A stretch of 21,267 bases of DNA from Candidatus Oleincola secundus (GCA_018400815.1 JAGYLS010000026.1:1-21267), one strand, 5' to 3'; shown: positions 11,465 through 19,403, counted from the stretch's first letter. A program made the numbers and translations. The notes: generated from the sequence alone by a model not told the origin.

Positions 11465-11863
11465 TTGGCTGCAAAAAAACAAACAAAAAAAGTTCGTAAA
11501 AAGAAGATTAGAAAGAATATATTAAAAGGCGTTGTTCACATTCAATCTACATTTAATAATACTATTGTAGCTATTTCCGATACGGAAGGTAATATTGTAT
11601 CATGGGCAAGTGCTGGTTCTATTGGAAATAAAGGAAGTAAGAAAAGTACTTCTTTTGCTGCCCAAAGAACCGCCGAAGAGGCTGGCAAAAAAGCAATGGA
11701 TCAGGGTATGAGAGACATTGATGTTTATGTAAAAGGACCAGGTTCCGGAAGAGAAACGGCTATACGTTCATTACAGGCAATCGGGTTTAAAATTAATACG
11801 ATAAGAGACGTTACCCCGATACCACATAATGGCTGTAGACCTCCCAAACAGCGGAGAGTTTAA
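11465..11863 (+). CDS. rpsK: 30S ribosomal protein S11
   Basis: [33 protein letters not shown] start. Confidence 0.98.
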   Translation: MAAKKQTKKVRKKKIRKNILKGVVHIQSTFNNTIVAISDTEGNIVSWASAGSIGNKGSKKSTSFAAQRTAEEAGKKAMDQGMRDIDVYVKGPGSGRETAIRSLQAIGFKINTIRDVTPIPHNGCRPPKQRRV

Positions 11864-12012
11864 AATATTTATTTAAAATCATAATTATATAAGAACATGA
11901 TTACTATGAAGTGGTATTTATAGTATAGTTGATTGCAATTATTGGTTTATTAATAATATTACAATCAAATAAAAAATATACAAAAGACAATTTTACCTAA
12001 GGAGGTAATTAC

Positions 12013-12645
12013 ATGGCTAGATATACAGGTCCTGTTTGTCGACTTTGCCGAAGACAGGGAACCAAGTTATTTTTAAAGGGAGAACGTTGCTATACTGACA
12101 AATGTCCTGTTGAGAAAAAAGCAACGTTACCAGGAAAAAGTTCTCAGGGAAGAAGGCCAAGAAAGCTATCTAACTATGCCATTCAATTAAAAGAAAAACA
12201 GAAGATGAAAGACATGTATGGATTATTAGAAAAACAATTTAGTAATCTTTTTGTGAAGGCAGAAAAAAAGCACGGAGTAACTGGTGAGAACTTCATTCAG
12301 TTTTTAGAAAGAAGATTAGACAATATTGTTTATCGTTTAGGATTTGCTGATTCAAGAGCAAAAGCGAGACAAATAGTCAAACATTCTCATATTCTGGTAA
12401 ATGGGAAAAAGGTAAATATCCCTTCCTATATGACAGAAATAAATGATATTATTGAAATAAAGAAAAAAAGCCAATCAATTATAGAATTTAAGGAACTTAA
12501 AGAGGGAGAGAAGGAAGTAAATGTACCTTCATGGCTCGAAACAGATATTAATAATTTGAAGGGAAAAGTTGTGAAACTTCCTTCTAAAGATGACATTGAT
12601 TTACCTGTTGATGAAAAGTTAGTAGTAGAGTACTATTCAAGGTAA
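12013..12645 (+). CDS. rpsD: 30S ribosomal protein S4 (zinc-binding form)
   Basis: MARYTGPVCRLCRR, LERRLDNIVYRLGF, LVVEYYSR. Confidence 0.98.
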   Translation: MARYTGPVCRLCRRQGTKLFLKGERCYTDKCPVEKKATLPGKSSQGRRPRKLSNYAIQLKEKQKMKDMYGLLEKQFSNLFVKAEKKHGVTGENFIQFLERRLDNIVYRLGFADSRAKARQIVKHSHILVNGKKVNIPSYMTEINDIIEIKKKSQSIIEFKELKEGEKEVNVPSWLETDINNLKGKVVKLPSKDDIDLPVDEKLVVEYYSR

Positions 12646-12687
12646 ACATGGCATGGCATTTAACAATACCGGAAGGAGATATATCAA

Positions 12688-13665
12688 TTGTTAGATATTA
12701 ATGATATAAAAATAAAAATAGAAAATTTAACAGATAGCTACGGGCGATTTACCATTGAACCGTTAGATAAAGGATATGGTACAACGTTAGGTAATTCCTT
12801 AAGAAGGGTTTTATTGTCTTCTCTTCCTGGTGCCAGTGCAACTGCCATAAGATTTGAAGGAGTTGTTCATGAATTTTCAACCATTCCTGGTATAAAAGAA
12901 GATGTTAATGAAATTCTTTTAAATATAAAAGAAATTGTTTTTAAGATATATGGAAGTGAATCAGAAGTACTTCGTTTGAAAGCAAATGGCAAGAAAGTTG
13001 TTAAGGCTGGGGATATTACACCCAATATAAATGTTGAAGTATTAAACCCCAATCATAAAATTGCTACATTAAGCAGTGATAGCAAACTAGATATGGAAAT
13101 TGTTGTTGAAGAGGGTACTGGTTATGTTATTGCTCCAGAAAATAAGAAAAAAGACCAAGCAATTAACTATATAACTATTGATTCAATGTTTTCTCCGGTG
13201 ATTAAAGTATCTTACATGATTGAAAAAACAAGTTCTGATCAATTTATGAATTATGAAAAATTGATTATCGATATATTTACTAATAAAAGCATTTTACCAG
13301 ATGAAGCATTAAGTAAAGCATCAAACATTCTAATTAAATATTTAAAAGTATTTACTAAATTTTCACCTGATGACATGGAGTCTATAACAGATCAAATTGC
13401 CGAGGAAGAGAATGAGAATAATGAACAGAAAAAATTATTAGAAAAGAGCATTGAAGAACTTGATTTTTCCGTAAGATCTTATAATTGTTTAAAGAAATCA
13501 AATATTAACACCTTCGGTGAGATTGTTAACAAAACAGAAGAAGAAATAATGGGGATAAAAAATCTAGGGAAAAAATCTTTTGAAGAGATAAAGGAAAAAG
13601 TTAAAGAGTACGGACTTACTTTAAAAGATACTGAGTCACAAAGGAGATGGTCTGATGAGACATAG
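12688..13665 (+). CDS. rpoA: RNA polymerase subunit alpha
   Basis: GYGTTLGNSLRRVLLSSLPG, HEFSTIPGIKED; alpha-CTD SVRSYNCLK...NLGKKS; TTG start. Confidence 0.98.
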   Translation: MLDINDIKIKIENLTDSYGRFTIEPLDKGYGTTLGNSLRRVLLSSLPGASATAIRFEGVVHEFSTIPGIKEDVNEILLNIKEIVFKIYGSESEVLRLKANGKKVVKAGDITPNINVEVLNPNHKIATLSSDSKLDMEIVVEEGTGYVIAPENKKKDQAINYITIDSMFSPVIKVSYMIEKTSSDQFMNYEKLIIDIFTNKSILPDEALSKASNILIKYLKVFTKFSPDDMESITDQIAEEENENNEQKKLLEKSIEELDFSVRSYNCLKKSNINTFGEIVNKTEEEIMGIKNLGKKSFEEIKEKVKEYGLTLKDTESQRRWSDET

Positions 13666-14008
13666 AAACTTAAAAAGAAAGTTAAATGTAGATACCAGTC
13701 ATCGAAAGGCATTGCTATCGAATTTAGCCATTTCTATGATTATTTATAGGAAAATAAATACAACCTTCCCTAAGGCGAAGGAATTGCAAAAGTATTTAGA
13801 AAAAATTGTAACAGTTGCAAAGGAAGATAATTTACAATCAAAAAGAAAGGTATTTAAAGTAATTCAAAATAAGCAAGCTATAAAACTTCTTTTTGAAGAG
13901 ATCAGCCCTCAGTATAAGGAAAGAGAGGGAGGCTATACCAGGATTATAAAAACAGGATTTCGTAAGGGCGATGCAGCCCCTATGGCTATATTAGAATTTG
14001 TAAAATAA
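13655..14008 (+). CDS. rplQ: 50S ribosomal protein L17
   Basis: MRHR...HRKALL, GGYTRIIK, RKGDAAPMA; overlaps the rpoA end by 11 nt. Confidence 0.97.
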   Translation: MRHRNLKRKLNVDTSHRKALLSNLAISMIIYRKINTTFPKAKELQKYLEKIVTVAKEDNLQSKRKVFKVIQNKQAIKLLFEEISPQYKEREGGYTRIIKTGFRKGDAAPMAILEFVK

Positions 14009-14026
14009 GAAATAAATATATTAAAC

Positions 14027-14083
14027 AAGGTTAATTTGTTAGAGATATGAGTTTCATAATTTCCAACATTTTAACCTTTTTAT
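14027..14083 (+). terminator. Probable intrinsic terminator of the ribosomal superoperon
   Basis: Imperfect long hairpin AAGGTTAA..TGTT..TATGA-GTT-TCATA..AACA..TTAACCTT ending in a T-rich tract, just after rplQ. Confidence 0.55.
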
Positions 14084-14106
14084 TTATTTAATCATAAAAA
14101 ACCTTT

Positions 14107-14338
14107 TTCTTAGAAGGTAGTAATGGTTAAATAAAATGTTTTACCATAAAGATAAAGCTATACTAACTGAAATATTTTTACCTCAAATCCTAAATAGACG
14201 AAAAATAGTATGAAAGAGCTCTTTTAAAATATAGCTAAGAGATCAAGAGAAAAGAGCAGAGAAAAAAACTGTCTAATAAAAAGTTAAACCTCCTTTAGAG
14301 GTTCTTTAAGCCACCCACTATGCGGGTGCGGTATTTAC
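14107..14338 (+). repeat. Copy 1 of a ~230-bp degenerate direct repeat (probable non-autonomous IS200 derivative)
   Basis: Aligns with 16878-17098; the 3' part (14281-14337) matches 17041-17097 at 48/57 ungapped and ends in the CACCCAC-TAT-GCGGGTG hairpin; 5' blocks such as GTAATGGT.AAATAAA and ACTA.CTGA are also shared. Confidence 0.7.
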
Positions 14339-14376
14339 TTTTATCCAATTAGAATATTTAAAATAAGAGGATATAA

Positions 14377-15207
14377 TTGATAACATTCAATAATGTAACT
14401 CACACTTACCATAATGATAAAGAAAAGGATACAGTTTCTTTATCTAATTTAAACATTGATATCAATAATGCTGATTTTATTGCAGTTATAGGTGCAAACG
14501 GTTCAGGGAAATCAACATTTGCTAAACATCTTAACGGTTTATTGTTGCCCAGCAAAGGAGATGTTTATGTCGATAATTACAATACAAAAGATAAGGAAAA
14601 GATTTGGGAAATAAGAAAAAAAGTTGGTATGGTTTTTCAGAACCCTGACAATCAATTAGTTGCTACAACAGTTGAGGATGATATAGCGTTTGGATTGGAA
14701 AATATTGGAATGAAAGAACAGGAAATGCGAAAAAGAGTAGAATGGGCTTTAAATCTTGTTGATATGACTAATCTGAGAAACAGAGAACCTCATTTACTAT
14801 CTGGTGGACAGAAACAAAAAGTGGTTATAGCAGGAGCACTGGCTATGCATACCTCTTATTTGGTTTTAGATGAACCGACTTCAATGCTTGATCCTAAAGG
14901 AAGAAAAGAAATTCTTAATACAATCAAAAGATTAAACCAAAATGAAAAAATTACTATCATATATATAACTCATTTTATGTCTGAAGCAGCAGAATTTAAT
15001 AAGATAATTGTTCTTGATAAAGGCAAAATAGTCCTAACTGGTTCACCAAAAAATATTTTTAGGCAAGCTAATATACTAAATAAATTAAATTTAGAATTGC
15101 CACAAATAACAATGCTAGCAAAATTGTTAAGTGAGAATGGTTTAAATATCCCACCCAATATCGTAAATGAAGAGGAAATGATCGAAAAATTATGTTTATT
15201 GATTTAA
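14377..15207 (+). CDS. ecfA1: ECF transporter ATPase A1
   Basis: Walker A GANGSGKST, VFQNPDNQ, LSGGQKQK, LDEPT; canonical position after rplQ. Confidence 0.93.
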   Translation: MITFNNVTHTYHNDKEKDTVSLSNLNIDINNADFIAVIGANGSGKSTFAKHLNGLLLPSKGDVYVDNYNTKDKEKIWEIRKKVGMVFQNPDNQLVATTVEDDIAFGLENIGMKEQEMRKRVEWALNLVDMTNLRNREPHLLSGGQKQKVVIAGALAMHTSYLVLDEPTSMLDPKGRKEILNTIKRLNQNEKITIIYITHFMSEAAEFNKIIVLDKGKIVLTGSPKNIFRQANILNKLNLELPQITMLAKLLSENGLNIPPNIVNEEEMIEKLCLLI

Positions 15208-16049
15208 AAAATGTATCATTTACCTATAATTTAAATATGCCCTTCGAGACCGAAGTGTTAAAATCAATCAATCTATCAATAAATAAGGGAGATTTTATTG
15301 GCATCATCGGTCATACGGGATGTGGAAAAACAACACTATTACAAATATTTAATGGTTTATTGGAGCCAACTGAAGGTAAGATATTAATTGACGGAATAGA
15401 TATTAATAAAGAAAAGGATAAATTAAAGGAAATAAGGAAAAATATAGGATTAACTTTTCAGTACCCTGAAAACCAGCTGTTTGAAGAAACTATATTTAAA
15501 GAAATTGCTTTTGGTCCCAAAAATCTAGGAATTAAAGATGATGAACTGGAAGAAAGAGTAAAAAAAGCAATGGAAATGGTAGAAATGGACTATTCTATCT
15601 ATAAAGAAAGATCACCATTTAGTCTTAGTGGTGGAGAAATGCGTAGAGTTGCTATTGCCAGTATTTTATCAATAGATCCTGAAGTAATTATTTTAGATGA
15701 ACCAACCGCAAGTCTAGACCCGCTGAATAGAAAGAGTTTATTGAAACTTATTAGTAAACTTCATCTCCATTATAACAAAACAATTGTTTTAGTATCACAC
15801 AATATGGAAGTAATAGCTGAACTAGCCCAAAGAATCATAGTTATGGATAAAGGGAAAATTGTTTTGGATAATACTCCAAAAAAAATATTTCAGAATTATG
15901 TAGAAGAATTAGAAAGTATAGGATTGTCATTACCCCAAATTACCTATATAATGCATAAGTTAAAAAAAATAGGTAAACCAGTTGATTCAGGTGTATTAAC
16001 TTTAGAAGAAGCGAAAAATGAGATATTAAGAGTAACAAAAAAAATATAG
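15192..16049 (+). CDS. ecfA2: ECF transporter ATPase A2
   Basis: GHTGCGKTT, FQYPENQLFEET, SPFSLSGGEMRRVAIA. Confidence 0.93.
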   Translation: MFIDLKNVSFTYNLNMPFETEVLKSINLSINKGDFIGIIGHTGCGKTTLLQIFNGLLEPTEGKILIDGIDINKEKDKLKEIRKNIGLTFQYPENQLFEETIFKEIAFGPKNLGIKDDELEERVKKAMEMVEMDYSIYKERSPFSLSGGEMRRVAIASILSIDPEVIILDEPTASLDPLNRKSLLKLISKLHLHYNKTIVLVSHNMEVIAELAQRIIVMDKGKIVLDNTPKKIFQNYVEELESIGLSLPQITYIMHKLKKIGKPVDSGVLTLEEAKNEILRVTKKI

Positions 16050-16056
16050 AGGTAAA

Positions 16057-16866
16057 ATGAAATTTTTTAAAAATTTAACAATTGGTCAATATATTCATAA
16101 AGATTCTATTATCCATCAACTTGATCCAAGAATTAAATTATTAACAACTTTGCTTATTATTATAGTGGTTTTTTTAATAGATACATGGATTGGATTTTTG
16201 ATTATTAGTGCATATCTATTTATTGTAATAATTTTATCAAAAGTAAATCCAAAATATGTGCTAATGGGCATCAAACCATTGTTATTTATTATTATAATTA
16301 CATTATTGATACATTTTTTTACAACCCAGGGAGAAACAATTTATACAATATGGCTTTTTACTATAACTAAAGAAGGAGTTTACCGAGGTTTATTTATAGC
16401 CGCTAGATTATTTTTATTGATTATGTCTACTTCCTGGTTGACATTGACAACTTCTCCTATTGCACTTACGGATGGAATCGAAAGATTGTTATCTATATTT
16501 AAGATTATTAGGATTCCAATACCGGCACATGAAATTGCTATGATGATGACTATCGCCCTTCGTTTTATTCCAACGTTAATGGAAGAAACAGAAAAAATAA
16601 TGAAAGCACAAATGGCTCGTGGTGCAGACTTTGAAAGTAGAAATATTGTGAGACGTATAAAAAATATGATTCCTATCATTATTCCTTTGTTTATTAGTGC
16701 TTTCCATAGGGCTGATGAATTAGCGATTGCAATGGAAGCAAGATGCTATAGAGGAGGAAATGGTAGAACTCATTATCGTGAATTGTCAATCAAGACAAAT
16801 GACCGAATATTTTTCATTATAACTTTTATGTTTATTTTAACAGTATTTGTTTTAAAATTTATTTAA
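16057..16866 (+). CDS. ecfT: ECF transporter transmembrane component T
   Basis: LDPRIK, IALRFIPTLMEE, AQMARG and AMEARCY motifs. Confidence 0.94.
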   Translation: MKFFKNLTIGQYIHKDSIIHQLDPRIKLLTTLLIIIVVFLIDTWIGFLIISAYLFIVIILSKVNPKYVLMGIKPLLFIIIITLLIHFFTTQGETIYTIWLFTITKEGVYRGLFIAARLFLLIMSTSWLTLTTSPIALTDGIERLLSIFKIIRIPIPAHEIAMMMTIALRFIPTLMEETEKIMKAQMARGADFESRNIVRRIKNMIPIIIPLFISAFHRADELAIAMEARCYRGGNGRTHYRELSIKTNDRIFFIITFMFILTVFVLKFI

Positions 16867-16877
16867 CCATTATCATC

Positions 16878-17098
16878 TTCTAAGAATGCGGTAATGGTAA
16901 AATAAATTGGTTTTAACATGAAAAAGATGAAGAGAAACTATCTGACAATTTTTCACCTAGTCTAAAGCAGGCGGTTATATTTTTTTAGAAATATTCAGTT
17001 AAAATAGTAGAAAAAAGAAGAAAAAAAATGTACCTAAAAAAGGTTTAACCTCTTTTAGGTGTTCTTAAAGCCACCCGCTAAGCGGGTGCGATATTTAA
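16878..17098 (+). repeat. Copy 2 of the ~230-bp degenerate direct repeat (probable non-autonomous IS200 derivative)
   Basis: See copy 1; carries TGgTAAAAT, ATG-AAG-AGA-AAC-TAT-CTG-ACA-ATT-TTT-CAC (MKRNYLTIFH, similar to a TnpA N-terminus) and the perfect hairpin CACCCGC-TAA-GCGGGTG. Confidence 0.7.
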
Positions 17099-17100
17099 TC

Positions 17101-17645
17101 AAGTGAGAACTCCCCACCTGTAAAGGTGGGGATGAGAACTCTTTCCTGTTTCTTCTGGTCGTTCTTTGATAGAATAAGGGGTATGAAATTATACAAGTCA
17201 GCCCATAGCATATACAAGACCCAATATCATATCGTCTGGATAACCCGTTATCGGAGAAAGATCCTGGTCACCGGGGTAAATCGTTATTTGGAGATAAAGT
17301 TACAAGAAATAACAAAATATTATCCAGACTGGGAATATATAGAGATAGGAATCAAACCAGATCATGTTCACTTGTATATGGTGATTCCTCCGAAATATGC
17401 TGTGAGTAAAACAGTAGAGACTATCAAGAAAAACACCAGCAGATCTCTCAGTAGGAAATTCACTTTCTTGAAAAAAGTCTATTGGGATCAAAAAGGCATT
17501 TGGGGAAAAGGATATTTTGTCTCAACTGTAGGAATAAACGAAGAAGTGATTCGCAAATATGTTCAATCCCAAGCAGAAGAAGAAACAGGACAAGCACAGC
17601 TTGAGTTTTAAACGTACCACGCCTGTAAAGGCGTGGGAATCGATG
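17101..17645 (+). mobile_element. IS200-type insertion sequence (IS200/IS605 family, tnpA only); exact ends approximate
   Basis: Y1 transposase flanked by related subterminal hairpins TCCCCACCT-GTAA-AGGTGGGGA (17111-17132) and CCACGCCT-GTAA-AGGCGTGG (17617-17636); no tnpB. Confidence 0.9.
17183..17611 (+). CDS. tnpA: IS200/IS605 family HUH Y1 transposase TnpA
   Basis: YHIVWITRYRRK, HUH motif DHVHL, IPPKYAVS, W.KGYFVSTVG, catalytic Y in IRKYVQSQ; probable ATG at 17183 after AAGGGG (142 aa). Confidence 0.93.
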   Translation: MKLYKSAHSIYKTQYHIVWITRYRRKILVTGVNRYLEIKLQEITKYYPDWEYIEIGIKPDHVHLYMVIPPKYAVSKTVETIKKNTSRSLSRKFTFLKKVYWDQKGIWGKGYFVSTVGINEEVIRKYVQSQAEEETGQAQLEF

Positions 17646-17779
17646 TATCTTTAAGTACCCCAGTAAATTTTACACTAACTCATATCATAAATTATTAAAC
17701 ATAATATGATTTTGGACTTAATTTTTATAATGAATTATGGAAAAGGATAATAGATACCCATGTGTAAGCCCTTGGTGCT

Positions 17780-18022
17780 TTAATACCACTCAAGTTTCAC
17801 CTGACCTAAATCCTGACTTTCTTGGAATTGAATATATTTAAGAATGCTGTTTACATAAATGGCTGCTGTTGAAATAAAATAATCGGGTGACCAGACAATT
17901 TTTTACTTCTCGCACAATTTATTACAATCAGTAACACTTTTCCTTTAATCTACTTGTTAATCTTGCTTTTATTTGACTTATGATACCAGGCAGGTACCTT
18001 GTAGTCAGGTCATCACAGGATG
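17780..18022 (-). pseudogene. Decayed second IS200 tnpA (C-terminal half), convergent with the intact one
   Basis: Minus strand reads ...IISQIKARLTSRLKEKCY*L** then, after a frameshift, KIVWSPDYFISTAAIYVNSILKYIQFQESQDLGQVKLEWY*, colinear with IWGKGYFVSTVGINEEVIRKYVQSQAEEETGQAQLEF of the intact TnpA. Confidence 0.8.
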
Positions 18023-18055
18023 ACTCTATTATTTCAAGTGAAATAATAGAGTCAT
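18020..18055. repeat. Perfect 16-bp inverted repeat
   Basis: ATGACTCTATTATTTC-AAGT-GAAATAATAGAGTCAT. Confidence 0.85.
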
Positions 18056-18080
18056 AATATTAAACTTCATACTGTAAATA

Positions 18081-18128
18081 AAAAAAGATACCCTCTCTAT
18101 CTATCAAGACAGAGTGAGTATCTTTTTT
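18081..18128 (-). terminator. Intrinsic terminator for the 18179-18547 gene (possibly bidirectional)
   Basis: Minus strand AAAAAAGATACTCACTCTGTCT-TGAT-AGATAGAGAGGGTATCTTTTTT; the G-U pairs favour minus-strand RNA. Confidence 0.75.
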
Positions 18129-18178
18129 ATCTTACTTATGGCTATTTAAGAAGAATTTATTATTCTTCTTTGCCGGAA

Positions 18179-18547
18179 TTATTGCTTACCCCAAAGGTTG
18201 CCCTGAGGTTCTCCTTCACAAGTACAGGTTCCTTCATAATCAGGATCCTGACAGTTGGGAATTCCGTCTCCGTCATCATCTTCTGAACAACAGTCACAAT
18301 CACAGTCTGCAATGTAATCCTCGTCTAATCCATTGGGAATGCCATCCCCATCGGCATCAGGAGCATCTTCTCTGTAACCACCGTTTCCGCTTCCGGGTCC
18401 GATATTAACACTTCCCTTTGAATAACCATTCTTACCACCTGCGTACCCCATATTCTGGGCAAAGCTCATCATGGCAAAGATCCCTGTTACCAATACTACT
18501 ACCAGTAGAATAACACCTAGTTTTTTATAGTTACTTAAATAAGTCAT
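18179..18547 (-). CDS. Secreted Gly/Asp/Cys-rich protein with two DxDGDGIPN repeats
   Basis: Signal peptide KKLGVILLVVVLVTGIFAMMSFA; DADGDGIPNGLDEDY and DDDGDGIPNCQDPDY; GGAGG precedes the ATG at 18547. Confidence 0.8.
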   Translation of the reverse strand: MTYLSNYKKLGVILLVVVLVTGIFAMMSFAQNMGYAGGKNGYSKGSVNIGPGSGNGGYREDAPDADGDGIPNGLDEDYIADCDCDCCSEDDDGDGIPNCQDPDYEGTCTCEGEPQGNLWGKQ

Positions 18548-18590
18548 TTTTCTTTCCTCCATTTTTTATTGTATTTCATCTTCTGTCTAT

Positions 18591-18620
18591 TAATACGCAA
18601 GGAGTTTTTATTTTCTTTCA
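18591..18620 (-). promoter_or_regulatory. Candidate ECF-sigma promoter
   Basis: Minus strand TGAAAG-N17-CGTATTA, similar to the SigW-type TGAAAC-N16-CGTA; about 45 bp upstream of the secreted-protein start. Confidence 0.45.
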
Positions 18621-18741
18621 ACTTTCGGCAAATTCTCTACAAATTTTTTCTTTTTTACTTTATAATATTATGTAAATTACATATTTAAGATTTATTATAT
18701 TAGATTTTAAAATATCACAATAAAAGAAAAATATTTACAAA

Positions 18742-18969
18742 ATGACGGATAGAAAAAAAGAAAATCAAAATCAAAGAACTCAAAATAGGGAAGAGAAAAA
18801 TTATCACATTTTAGGTTGGGTGTTGTTTATAGTATGTGCAGCATTTTTTATTATATCAAGTTTACTGAACAAAGATATTTGGACTTTTGCAGGTAGCATT
18901 GTTTTCCTAGCTGCTTGTATTGTCTTTCTTATACCCCTTTTAAAACCTGATAAAAGAAGTAAAAAATAA
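18742..18969 (+). CDS. Small two-TM membrane protein, function unknown
   Basis: Two hydrophobic helices ILGWVLFIVCAAFFIISSLL and IWTFAGSIVFLAACIVFLIPLL with basic flanks; followed by a hairpin. Confidence 0.7.
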   Translation: MTDRKKENQNQRTQNREEKNYHILGWVLFIVCAAFFIISSLLNKDIWTFAGSIVFLAACIVFLIPLLKPDKRSKK

Positions 18970-19001
18970 GTAAAGATATCAATTAAGAATATCTTTACTT
19001 A
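18967..19001. terminator. 13-bp perfect hairpin between convergent genes
   Basis: TAAGTAAAGATAT-N9-ATATCTTTACTTA. Confidence 0.55.
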
Positions 19002-19013
19002 ACACTGATTGCC

Positions 19014-19325
19014 TTAATCTATGAGGCTATTTTCAGAAGAACTCAAATGGATTGGAATATATAACCTGGTAAGTTTTCCTATTTCCCGGGCCTTTTCTTC
19101 AGAAAGATGCAGCTTATTAACTGGATCCTTTGTTCCGTGGGTAAAAAATATTGCACTTATCCTGTTTAAATCGATATTTTGCTGAACAAGATCCCTTAAT
19201 GTGCCATCTCCGTTATCTACCAAAAATAAATTAAATTTTCCTCTGCTGAAAGAAGAATCTGTGGTGCAATGCCTACCCTGGATATTGCCAAAAAATATGC
19301 CCAGGACAGGGTGAGATAGTGTCAA
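19014..19325 (-). pseudogene. Disrupted metallo-beta-lactamase-fold (RNase Z-like) hydrolase
   Basis: LFLVDNGDGTLRDL...ISAIFFTHG matches MBL motif 1 and the start of motif 2, but HxHxDH is cut after THG and joins a C-terminal HLSEEKAREIG...IPIH segment; a plausible N-terminal stretch (SRVGIAPQILLSAEEN) lies in another frame. Confidence 0.7.
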
Positions 19326-19403
19326 GTTATGTAATAATATTTTTCTTAAGTGCCGCCGTTCGGTGGGTAGTTATCGAATGAATCCCAACTCAATTTACCA
19401 AAA

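Noticed and set aside
5023..12645. Zinc-binding forms of S14, L36, S4 and Adk as a novelty
   Set aside because: Common ancestral state in many anaerobes and Firmicutes-like bacteria.
135..16679. Minus-strand and alternate-frame ORFs overlapping core genes (e.g. 346-810, 4055-4408, 4834-5169, 6772-7107, 7338-7640, 16380-16679)
   Set aside because: Antisense shadows of well-conserved genes; Phe/Leu/Ile-rich as expected from reverse-complemented A-rich codons; no recognisable motifs.
17126..17182. Longer N-terminus of TnpA from GTG at 17126
   Set aside because: The start lies inside the left-end hairpin; ATG at 17183 has an RBS and gives the typical TnpA N-terminus.
17300..17491. 63-aa minus-strand ORF
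   Set aside because: Lies wholly antisense within tnpA.
17183..17611. RAYT/REP system interpretation
   Set aside because: The protein has IS200 TnpA signatures (IPPKY, GYFVSTVG) and only one hairpin per end, not REP arrays.
17612..17780. tnpB or omega-RNA downstream of tnpA
   Set aside because: No ORF; the right-end hairpin follows the tnpA stop within 6 bp, so this is a tnpA-only IS200.
17980..18060. Possible ZTP riboswitch or SRP-like RNA (GCCTGG and CAGGT words)
   Set aside because: The other consensus elements are absent, and the sequence is better explained as a decayed tnpA.
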